A stretch of DNA of 64,000 nucleotides. Origin: Limisphaerales bacterium. GTDB taxonomy: Bacteria; Verrucomicrobiota; Verrucomicrobiia; Limisphaerales; JBGAJN01. This document shows, piece by piece, positions 11,001 through 17,017 of this stretch. Within the stretch, counting starts at the first letter, position 1. Every line of letters starts with the position of its first letter. The notes beneath the pieces were generated by a model. The model made no database searches and had not been told where the DNA came from. It saw nothing but the letters and a program-made list of their open reading frames with translations. The stretch is taken from contig JBGAJN010000001.1 in NCBI GenBank assembly GCA_044224905.1, positions 780,705 to 844,704 on the forward strand, given 5' to 3'. Position numbers and translations under genes: made by a program.

Positions 11001-12904
11001 GTGCCTCCTGCGGCCGTGACGCGGTCGACATTGATGAAAGCGTTGCTTGTGATGGTGAGGTTGTTGCCGCCGCCGGGGCCGATGGTGATATTGGTGTCGG
11101 AACGCAATTGCAGAATTCCGCTCGCAAGCGTGACCGGGCCGATGCCGAGCGGGGTGGTGATGAAATTACTCGTGTTGGTGTTGAACCCAGCAGTCGCCGC
11201 CACGAGGCCGGTAACGATGTTGAGGCCACCGCTGAACGTGTTATCGACGAAATTGGTGAAAAAGAGACTGCCGGAGCCGGTTTTGTTGAGCGTGCCGGCA
11301 TTGGTGCCATCGGTGATCGGCCCGTTGAAGATTATCGGGACGGGCCGCAGTGTGGTTGCGAAATCAATCGTGGCGGAACCGCTCACCGCCGAGGTGCTCT
11401 CGAAACGAAATCCGTAATCGTTGAAATTGCTGAACGTCACCGTGCTTGAATTGATGGTGAGTCCGCGGAAGGCAGAGTAGTTGGTGGCCGCGTTGCCGTT
11501 GGCGTTGACGCGGAACGCTTCGATCTGTGAGTTGCCGTTGACGACGATGTTGTTGGAGAACTGGACGACGGCATTGGTGCGATTGGTGACTGTGGTGCTG
11601 GTGAAGCCGTTGTGGAGGATGCGGAGGAGTGAGCCGGCGTTGAGCTCGATCGTGGCCGTCCCCAAAGTGCTGCCATTGGTGTGGGAGGAGACCAGTTGTG
11701 CGTTCGTGCCCACGCTCAGGAGGCCGGAGAAGGTGTTTAAATTATTTGTCAGCGTCAACGTAGCCCGATTGGTGCCGGCGATGACGCTCACGTTGCCGTC
11801 GCCGGTGAGCACGCCGCCGAGGAGGACCGCGCGGGAAAAGTTCGTTGTGCGGGCGTCGGCCAGGGAAATGGTGCTCGTATTCGGGCTGAGGAAATTCATG
11901 ACGCCCTCGAAATTGCGGTTGCCCCCTACCGGCGCCAGCGTGCCGCCGGCGAAATTAATCGTGTTGGTGAGCGTCGTCCCGCTGTTGTAGCCGAAGGTGC
12001 CTCCGTTGAGATTAATGGTGGTCGCCACGCCGTTGGAGCCGAGCACGGCGCTGTTGTCGACCTGCAGCAAGCCGCCGTTGATTGCGGTGGTGCCGCTGCG
12101 GAGAATGTTGTTGGCCTGCAGTTGGAGAATGCCCGAGCCGTCCTTGGTGAGGGCGTTGCCGTTGGTGCCGAGCGGAACGTTGACAACCGTGACGAAATTG
12201 CTCGTGACTTCCAAATGACCTCCCCCGGCGCCCATGATGAGGGGACGGCTTTGCGTGAAGGATCCGTTGAACTGCAGTGTGGCGTCGTTGCCGATGATGA
12301 CCACGTTGGTTGCATTGCCGAGTCCTGCGGTGGCGCTGACGGCCAGTGTTCCGCCTTCGATGTCCACCACGTTGCCCGCTCCGCCGAACGTGTTCGCGCC
12401 GGTCAAGGTCAGCTTGTAGTTGCCGGTTTTGAGCACACTGTTCGTGCCGCTGATGACGCCGGCGATGTTGACCGCGCCGGTTCCGGTCCCGCCGAACGTC
12501 AGGTTGGTGGCGAGCAGTACGGCGTTGGAAATGTTTACCGCGCCGGAGTTCTGCTGCAGAAGTTGCGGCCCGCCGGCTGTGCCGAGGGAAAACTGCAGCG
12601 CGCCGCCGGAAAGGGAAATCGTGTTCGTCGAAGTGCTGTTGAGCAGCAGTTGATTCACCAGGTAGTTCCCGTTGTTGTTATTCGTCGAGCGGAAGTTCAT
12701 GCCGCCGCTGGCGTTGAACTGCAGGATCGTGTTGGTGGAACTCACCGGCACGCCGGGCGACCAGTTTGACGCCACGGTCCAGAAGCCATTTGTGGCGCTG
12801 GTCCAGTTATTGGTGGTCTGGGCGTGGGTGAAGGTGGCGCTGGCGAGCGAAACGAGCAGGAGCCCGCGGAGGAACACGCCCGGGGAGATGCGATTGGGTT
12901 GCAT
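5081..12904 (-). CDS. Giant secreted surface protein (2607 aa) with autotransporter-associated beta-strand (PATR) repeats and a TSP3-like/(F/Y)YRV C-terminal module
   Basis: ATG at 12904. Signal peptide: LLLVSLASATFTHAQT. Dozens of G/N/T/S-rich units match the PATR pattern, for example LNKTGSGSLFFTNFVDNTFSGGLNIVTGLV, LTKVGLDTVVLGGKLNYTGGTFVNEGILRI and VTKEGPGTVSLTGANAFTGDVLVSEGTLLV. Three ~160-190-aa super-repeats each contain L(R)S(D)TN...INVDR (aa ~530-1050, nt ~9757-11317). The C-terminus carries DTDTDG and DFDGDG motifs and ends SSRFYRVIVK. Confidence 0.9.
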   Translation of the reverse strand: MQPNRISPGVFLRGLLLVSLASATFTHAQTTNNWTSATNGFWTVASNWSPGVPVSSTNTILQFNASGGMNFRSTNNNNGNYLVNQLLLNSTSTNTISLSGGALQFSLGTAGGPQLLQQNSGAVNISNAVLLATNLTFGGTGTGAVNIAGVISGTNSVLKTGNYKLTLTGANTFGGAGNVVDIEGGTLAVSATAGLGNATNVVIIGNDATLQFNGSFTQSRPLIMGAGGGHLEVTSNFVTVVNVPLGTNGNALTKDGSGILQLQANNILRSGTTAINGGLLQVDNSAVLGSNGVATTINLNGGTFGYNSGTTLTNTINFAGGTLAPVGGNRNFEGVMNFLSPNTSTISLADARTTNFSRAVLLGGVLTGDGNVSVIAGTNRATLTLTNNLNTFSGLLSVGTNAQLVSSHTNGSTLGTATIELNAGSLLRILHNGFTSTTVTNRTNAVVQFSNNIVVNGNSQIEAFRVNANGNAATNYSAFRGLTINSSTVTFSNFNDYGFRFESTSAVSGSATIDFATTLRPVPIIFNGPITDGTNAGTLNKTGSGSLFFTNFVDNTFSGGLNIVTGLVAATAGFNTNTSNFITTPLGIGPVTLASGILQLRSDTNITIGPGGGNNLTITSNAFINVDRVTAAGGTAKTISLGALTLPSNNVVVAGGNAFVLRFTGPTTLNGNARLTASNDVILNGPISESISNSSFTKLGTARLFITNQFNNTYSGGTYIGLGVVRVTGGTNTNNATFVTTPLGTGDVTISNATLELRSDTNQIFGVGNGYGITGIGPTTINVDRPGASGVNNTFQIGSLELPKGTNTFTLTSGNGMFLGVQAPFTVSNNIFVGGGNIQLNDTATFIGSNTLAATFRFQSNVVLQGDQLINAAGNVVFNGQLTEAAPGTQLAKIGTGTLFLTNLVNNNYSGGSFITNGGFQIAANGATNTPAGTNNIWLDNATLLLRSLSNQVFGPGNGYVVIATNNTGINVDRYGGANANGLVQISQLNHDGGTLTVAGGNTFNLRVDGSTIIKGIAGFNVTDTRSANPFSVLLAGPISEGTAGSVLRKLGTENLGYTNLIAPSHTGGTVIENGVVVWRPANAPAGGYAFGSGPIRIDGGGGSTFAFQQNASNNYVLSNNFIISGSVQNGAGFLFNGGGTLDFTAQGTGLPLVTNTGSLTLRGPLTITAGSSGFYNATTLAPATFVGPAMVAGNNQIVLVNGSGGGTGSRIVINSDFGSDGAARNLTLIANNGTGLELGGNNSGFSGNFKVATSVVGTPGRVIFANTNALPGGIVEVGNGALASLASGFSNANLVSVLGKFSFAPNSVLALAFNLTNNLDLSPTGANRDVRLGAPDGFNVTHTGLITPYASTYKFGGGSNAVSLNAANLLRDGLTNSRSLDVNVNPFASPLASVPPAGSVVIGGSNSYTGGTVINSGALTISTGRANTPLGTGSVDIYGLLQANGNGSFADASGNGNNNLFVTHPGGEIRLDSTGTLNTNRLGDTAPLTLNGAILSHLGRAAAIQSAEKIGALNAALGSQLTLSSSSTAGATSLLTLDSLNRIGAGTLQLNRGTGLLGSTNARLLVTVPLATNNGMTAPWIINATDVTFANYSPATGITNVVYSANPLTAAGANDVIATPVTASSIALAADTAVYALRSGAPIVGGASSNLTIRSGGLLFNSSVTHSNLNLIFGDTGTNEALIYVQNGLTARLTNTTINAGSITKFGEGQLRLDSSLNTYSNGWNINRGSVALGNFATNGLGVTAPGNVVNLNGRVTLQFSGISNAMNYGGGKLVNQDINTITTDFGAQSDRTQTYASGIDLNSISNGPLGSVLLVRQSGSRNIFSIQGPATLNADSLVNVQNLTFPITGGSNRFAFGGLVGNGRTLSKFGNGTLVLSNDSSTTFSGGTIDVAGGVLAVAHNGALGDASSKAIITANNVFELVGGVTNFSPIAQLTQQPGSAERWQNEFNRFANTTNAQTYIVPTNVNLQLAANLNLTGPATNSLNKTIQLNGGTIEAYNYIDDARTAVITVGTNVTLQLAANSKVGQSGVDIGRNGVIFSNNATITEIGGARSLTKVGLDTVVLGGKLNYTGGTFVNEGILRISRNDTLPIASRLAITNFATFDLNGFNQSVASLWSDGNVVNGSTNLATLRLNNTDASYITSAVTGRVNIIKFNSGSLTLSGLSTFTGGLQANGGDVFVTADTVGRASPLGDSGNLVVIAGPSRLLTTGSYRMSQPIVIEDPIYGGPKVIGTVANNSTNTFSGNISLLDNVTLTAPANARVNFTGNIAQSSSTPYGVTKEGPGTVSLTGANAFTGDVLVSEGTLLVNNTVGSGTGAIGNVFVENGATLGGSGRMSNTVWVINGALRPGNPVGALRIDSDLQMLSQATLAFELGGLIATNDYDVLSIGGTAVFDGTLELSLTNSFLPPTNKVFTLVQYALNGGSFFLNAPSTGFRLTTADTLGSFRVSYGANTLTADAFRYTDTDTDGIYDAWALKYFGVRSLANGTNATDRFGDFDGDGMNNYHEFIAGTVPTDSSSAFKVTTTSVAGNSNLTVRFTTASEVGYRTQIYQIQYTADFVTWTTVANPTLTFPQAGVAEWVDNGSQTGGTPPLQLASSRFYRVIVK

Positions 12905-13078
12905 GGCTGAGGGTTGTTGGTTCTTTCTTAATGCCAGACTTTTGCCATCCTATCAACTTAAACATGCTCTCTGGCGGGCTATTTCCGCCCTTGAATGCGC
13001 GAGAGATGTTCCCTCCATTCGGCGATGTCGCCCCGCTTATTCCCTTTCTTTCCGGCCCGTGTCCGCTACCTTGTCGCC

Positions 13079-14314
13079 ATGCCGTTTAGTGAACTAGGCC
13101 TGTCCAAACCCTGCGTCGATGGTGTGAAAGCCATGGGCTACGTCGATCCGACCCCCATTCAACTCCGTGCCATCCCGCTTATCTTGAGCGGCCGCGACGT
13201 CATCGGCAGTGCCCAAACCGGCACCGGCAAAACCGCCGCCTTTGCGCTCCCCATTCTCACGAAGATCGAATCCCACCAGCCGCAGACGCGCGTATTGATC
13301 CTCGAACCCACGCGGGAACTCGCGGCCCAGGTGGAGACTGCGCTCCGTGATTTTTGCCGCTTCACCGATCTCCGCGTCGCTGTCATGTATGGTGGCGTCG
13401 GTTACGGCAAGCAGCTTGATGCCTTGAAAAGCGGCGTGGACATCATCGTGGCTACGCCCGGCCGGCTGCTCGACCACATGCAGCAGGGCAACTGCAAACT
13501 AGACCACGTCCAATACCTCGTCCTCGACGAAGCCGACCGCATGCTCGACATGGGCTTCCTCCCGGACGTCCGCCGCATCGTCGAGAAGATCCCCCGTCAA
13601 CGCCACACCTCGCTCTTTTCCGCCACCGTCCCGCCGCAGATCGAGACCCTGATCAAGTGGGCGATGAAGGATCCCGAGACCATCGAGATCGGCGCCCGCC
13701 GCAGTCCGGCGGAAACGGTCAAGCACGTCATCTACCCGGTCGCGGAAGACCAGAAGTCCGACCTGCTCCGCACCCTGCTCGAGACGGTTAAATACGATTC
13801 CGTCATCATTTTCTGCCGTACGAAGAACCGTGCCGACCGGATCGGGCACATGCTCAAGAAGAACAACCACGCCGTGGCCATTCTTCATTCCAACCGCACC
13901 CAGCGCGAACGTGAACAGGCCCTTCAAGGCTTCCGCGAGGGCAAGTTCGAGGTCCTCGTCGCCACCGACATTGCGGCGCGCGGCTTGGACATCGCCAATG
14001 TCAGCCACGTGATCAACTACGACGTGCCGCAGCACCCGGAGGATTACGTTCACCGCATCGGCCGCACCGGGCGCGCGGAGAACACGGGCGATGCCTTCAC
14101 CATCATGGTGGCCGAGGACGCCGGGCACGTGCATTCCATCGAGCGCTACATCGGGAAGCCGATCGAGCGGATCAAGCTGGAGAATTTCAATTACAAGTAC
14201 ACCGCGATCTTCGACGAAGGCAAAGCCGGTCAACCCGCCCCGCACGAGCGCAAGATGCGTTCCGTGCGCTTGAGCGGCGGCTACTACTTCGGTCCCTCCA
14301 AACGGCGCCGCTGA
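13079..14314 (+). CDS. rhlE: DEAD-box ATP-dependent RNA helicase (RhlE-like)
   Basis: Motifs present: Q-motif region (GYVDPTPIQ), Walker A (AQTGTGKTAAF), DEAD (LVLDEADRM), SAT, and HRIGRTGRA. The C-terminal tail is basic. I place the start at ATG 13079 (MPFSELGLS), not at the longer ORF-track start 12995. Confidence 0.92.
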   Translation: MPFSELGLSKPCVDGVKAMGYVDPTPIQLRAIPLILSGRDVIGSAQTGTGKTAAFALPILTKIESHQPQTRVLILEPTRELAAQVETALRDFCRFTDLRVAVMYGGVGYGKQLDALKSGVDIIVATPGRLLDHMQQGNCKLDHVQYLVLDEADRMLDMGFLPDVRRIVEKIPRQRHTSLFSATVPPQIETLIKWAMKDPETIEIGARRSPAETVKHVIYPVAEDQKSDLLRTLLETVKYDSVIIFCRTKNRADRIGHMLKKNNHAVAILHSNRTQREREQALQGFREGKFEVLVATDIAARGLDIANVSHVINYDVPQHPEDYVHRIGRTGRAENTGDAFTIMVAEDAGHVHSIERYIGKPIERIKLENFNYKYTAIFDEGKAGQPAPHERKMRSVRLSGGYYFGPSKRRR

Positions 14315-14336
14315 TCGATGGGGTGAAACGGATGCT

Positions 14337-14666
14337 GTGAGATCGATTGAGAAGTCCGGCTGGATAGTCATTGGGATTACAATTGCAGCCATACTTCTCG
14401 GATTGTTCGCAATTGGACGCCGACAAGGTTCGCAGGGGCGTTTGGCGGCCAAGAATGCCTGCTTCCGCAATCTCCAACAAATTAATCGCGCGATTCAACC
14501 ATGGGCCTTGGAGACCAAACGAAAGCTTGGCGATTCAATCAACGTTCAAGAGGTTGCTGGATACATCCAGAACGGCGTGATGCCTCATTGTCCAGCCGGT
14601 GGTGAATACACCATCGGTCAAGTCGGTAAGCCGGTGTTATGCAGCTACCCCGGCCATTCTTTGTGA
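14337..14666 (+). CDS. Small membrane-anchored pseudopilin-like protein (hypothetical)
   Basis: GTG start. One N-terminal TM helix (GWIVIGITIAAILLGLFAI). It is followed by C-x2-NLQQINRAIQPWALE and a Cys-containing C-terminus (HCPAGGEYTIGQVGKPVLCSYPGH). This resembles the post-helix region of prepilin-like DUF1559-type proteins such as the two paralogs at 50.5-52.1 kb. It lacks their G/FTLIEL cleavage motif. Confidence 0.6.
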   Translation: MRSIEKSGWIVIGITIAAILLGLFAIGRRQGSQGRLAAKNACFRNLQQINRAIQPWALETKRKLGDSINVQEVAGYIQNGVMPHCPAGGEYTIGQVGKPVLCSYPGHSL

Positions 14667-14737
14667 ACTTGGCTGGAACGCCGCCATTGGGTGAAGTTTC
14701 TTGCCGCACCTTTTACCCTCCTCATATCCGATTTGAC

Positions 14738-15075
14738 TCAAGTCCCGACGGGAATACTTAGACCCGCCGATTGGTGATCCAAATCCCGCGCGTCCTTCGG
14801 CAAGATTCCGCTGATCTTGGGCAAGCCTGCTTCTGATTTGCGTAAGGCCGTCCGGGTTTTATCTAAGACCGCTCGGGTTTTCGGCAAAACTCGGCACATT
14901 TTCCCTAAGACCCGGAAGATCTTTCATTAAACCCGCCGCGTTTAAGGGAAAACCCAGCGAGCTTTAGCGAAGACTCGGCGGGTTTCAGTGAAGGTGTCGC
15001 GAGTTTTAGCTAAGAGCCGGCAGGTTTTAACTAAAACTTCCCAGACTTTAACTAAAACCTGTCGATCCTGACTTT
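14738..15075. repeat. Array of ~16 degenerate head-to-tail repeats with a 21-nt period, in an ORF-free gap between convergent genes
   Basis: Units read directly from the sequence: AAATCCCGCGCGTCCTTCGGC, AAGATTCCGCTGATCTTGGGC, AAGCCTGCTTCTGATTTGCGT, AAGGCCGTCCGGGTTTTATCT, AAGACCGCTCGGGTTTTCGGC, AAAACTCGGCACATTTTCCCT, AAGACCCGGAAGATCTTTCATT, AGCGAAGACTCGGCGGGTTTC, AGTGAAGGTGTCGCGAGTTTT, AGCTAAGAGCCGGCAGGTTTT, AACTAAAACTTCCCAGACTTT. The approximate consensus is (T)AAGACC, then a short GC core, then GGGTTTT. Irregular units of 22, 15 and 26 nt sum to 63 nt, so the phase is kept. Confidence 0.8.
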
Positions 15076-15116
15076 CAAGGTGCGTGATTTTGGGCGGCGG
15101 ACCGCCCTGTTCCCGC

Positions 15117-16358
15117 TTACCGCGCGATTTCGAAGGCGTAGCCCTTGAGATACTCGGTTTCAGGAATCACCGGGATGACCGGATGGTCAGGCGATTGGCC
15201 GAAGGTGGTGACGCGGCGCAGCACGCGGTGCGCATCGAACGCAGCGGCGAGGATCACGTCCTGGAACAACGTGGCGTCCACGTGATGCGAGCAGCAGAAG
15301 GTCGCCAACGTGCCGCCGGGTCGCAGGAGTTTCAGTGCGCGCAGATGGATTTCCTTGTAGCCGCGCAAGGCGTCGTCCACTGAAGCGCGGTTCCGTGTGA
15401 AGGATGGCGGGTCCAGAATGATGAGGTCAAAACGCGGCACGAGCTTTTCGTTTGGTCCCGTGGTGGTCTGCGCCTTGAGCCAGTCAAAGACGTTGATCGT
15501 TTCGAAGGAACATTTCTCCGTGAGCCCGTTCGTGGCGGCGTTGCGGGTCGCGGCGGCGATGGCGTCGGCGCTTTGATCGAGCGCGTGAACGTGCTCGGCG
15601 CCGGCGCGGGCGGCGTGCAGGGCGAAGCCGCCGAGGAAGCTGAAGCAATCGAGCACTTGCGCGCCCTTGGCCATCTGGCCGACGCGTTCGTAGTTCGCCT
15701 GCTGATCCAGATACATGCCAGTCTTGTGCCCGCCCATGAGATCGACGGCGAATTTGATGCCGTTGAGCTGGATGTTGACCTCGCCCTTGAGTTCGCCGGC
15801 GAGCAGGCCGTGGATTTCGGTCAAGCCCTCGAATTTGCGCGAGGCGATGTCATTCCGTTCGATGATGGCGCGCGGTGAGAAAATCTTTTGCAACGCGGCG
15901 ACGATGTCGGCCTTGCGCAGGTCCATGCCGAGCGAGGAGGTCTGGAGCACGAGCACGTCCTCGTATTTGTCTACGATCAGGCCGCTGAGGAAATCGCTCT
16001 CAGCATTGACGACGCGGAAGGAGGTGGCGCCGGGCAAATGCTTCGTGCGCACCGCGAGCGCAGCGCGAATGCGTTGCTCGAAGAAGGCTTGGTTGACTTC
16101 GACGCGGTCGGCCGACAGCAGGCGGACGTTGATCTTGGATTTCGAATTGTAGAAACCGACGCCGAGAAACCGATGACGGTGATCTTTCACCTGCACGAGA
16201 TCGCCGTCGGCAGCGGGCTGAACGAGACGGAGAATCGCCCCGTTATAGAGCCACGGATGACCGGCGAGGAGGCGGTCCGCTTCGCCCGGACGGACGACGA
16301 CGGTGGGAAGACTATCGGTGGTGGAAGGGGCGGACGTGGGCGTGGTTGTCGTGATCAT
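15117..16358 (-). CDS. rlmI: Class I SAM-dependent 23S rRNA (cytosine-C5) methyltransferase, RlmI-like (PUA-like N-terminus plus methyltransferase domain)
   Basis: The N-terminus, VVVRPGEADRLLAGHPWLYNGAI, is typical of RlmI/YccW. SAM-binding region: VLDCFSFLGGFALHAA...DLIILDPPSF. I place the start at ATG 16358 (MITTTTP). The ORF-track start 16505 adds a non-homologous leader. Confidence 0.85.
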   Translation of the reverse strand: MITTTTPTSAPSTTDSLPTVVVRPGEADRLLAGHPWLYNGAILRLVQPAADGDLVQVKDHRHRFLGVGFYNSKSKINVRLLSADRVEVNQAFFEQRIRAALAVRTKHLPGATSFRVVNAESDFLSGLIVDKYEDVLVLQTSSLGMDLRKADIVAALQKIFSPRAIIERNDIASRKFEGLTEIHGLLAGELKGEVNIQLNGIKFAVDLMGGHKTGMYLDQQANYERVGQMAKGAQVLDCFSFLGGFALHAARAGAEHVHALDQSADAIAAATRNAATNGLTEKCSFETINVFDWLKAQTTTGPNEKLVPRFDLIILDPPSFTRNRASVDDALRGYKEIHLRALKLLRPGGTLATFCCSHHVDATLFQDVILAAAFDAHRVLRRVTTFGQSPDHPVIPVIPETEYLKGYAFEIAR

Positions 16359-16528
16359 GTTTGTAAACAGTTCAACGGCGTAATGCCGTTGTGAGCGTGG
16401 AGTATGGCGCGTGGTGGCAGTGCACGGCAAGCTTTCGCTGCGAGAAGTGGGCTTGACGGGCGATGCCGCGATGCTATTGCTTCTGGCGAGGTGCGAGATC
16501 CCCAAGCACCTGCAATTGAGGAATCCCT

Positions 16529-16960
16529 ATGACCCGATCCACGACATTGAAAGTTAAAACACTGACACCGAAAGCCCGAATCGAAGCTCCGAAAGCCAAA
16601 GCGCCCGCTCGCAAAGTGGTCGCCGCCGCTCCGAAGCGTCGCACCGTGACGCCCAAGGCGCCCGCCGCAAAGCCGGTCGCGAAGACCGCAGCCGTCCCGG
16701 CGAAGCTGAAGACGGACTTCATCTTCAACGCTCCCGCCGCACAAAACGTGGTGCTGGCCGGCAGCTTCACGGACTGGCAGGACGGCGCGCTGGCGTTGCG
16801 CAAGCTCAAGGGCGGCGTGTGGAAGACCACCGTCGCGCTTCCGCGTGGCAACTACGAGTACCGCTTCATTGTGGATGGCCAGTGGCAGGACGATCCGACG
16901 TGCGAAACGCGCGTGGACAATTCGTTCGGCGTGAAGAATTGCTTGCGCGTCATCGCGTAA
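16529..16960 (+). CDS. Small protein with a Lys/Ala/Pro-rich basic N-terminal tail fused to a CBM48-type (AMPK-beta/isoamylase N-terminal) glycogen-binding domain
   Basis: ATG is preceded by GAGGA. The tail reads PKARIEAPKAKAPARKVVAAAPKRRTVTPKAPAAKPVAKTAAVPAK. It is followed by FIFNAPAAQNVVLAGSFTDWQ...GVWKTTVALPRGNYEYRFIVDGQWQDDP, the E-set/CBM48 pattern. Confidence 0.8.
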   Translation: MTRSTTLKVKTLTPKARIEAPKAKAPARKVVAAAPKRRTVTPKAPAAKPVAKTAAVPAKLKTDFIFNAPAAQNVVLAGSFTDWQDGALALRKLKGGVWKTTVALPRGNYEYRFIVDGQWQDDPTCETRVDNSFGVKNCLRVIA

Positions 16961-16966
16961 AGAAAA

Positions 16967-16995
16967 CGCGGCGGCAGGTTCAACCTGCCGCCGCG
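16967..16995 (-). terminator. Intrinsic terminator hairpin between convergent genes
   Basis: Perfect 12-bp stem, CGCGGCGGCAGG / CCTGCCGCCGCG, with loop TTCAA. On the minus strand it is followed by TTTTCT, so it fits the esterase gene that ends at 17018. It may also act on the plus-strand CBM48 gene. Confidence 0.75.
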
Positions 16996-17017
16996 CTCAA
17001 TTCGCGAATCGGGAAGA

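Noticed and set aside
5120-12769. Many plus-strand ORFs of up to 373 aa (for example 6992-7891, 10328-11449, 10773-11417) overlapping the PATR giant gene
   Set aside because: They are shadow ORFs of a 7.8-kb repetitive GC-rich gene. None has a signal, domain motif or independent start context.
13499-14470. 323-aa minus-strand ORF opposite the DEAD-box helicase gene
   Set aside because: The plus frame contains the full helicase motif set. The antisense product is low-complexity.
14664-15071. Stop-codon read-through or recoding that would fuse the small gene to the heptad-like repeat frame
   Set aside because: Five in-frame stops (three TGA and two TAA) would need bypassing, and TGA clearly functions as a stop elsewhere in the window, for example in the helicase gene. 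I keep this only as a decayed-coding hypothesis inside the repeat finding.
15092-15107. GGGCGG-CGGA-CCGCCC hairpin next to the rlmI-like stop, as a terminator
   Set aside because: No U tract follows on either strand: AAAATCA on minus and TGTTCC on plus. It may still be a weak or Rho-assisted stop, but I do not call it.
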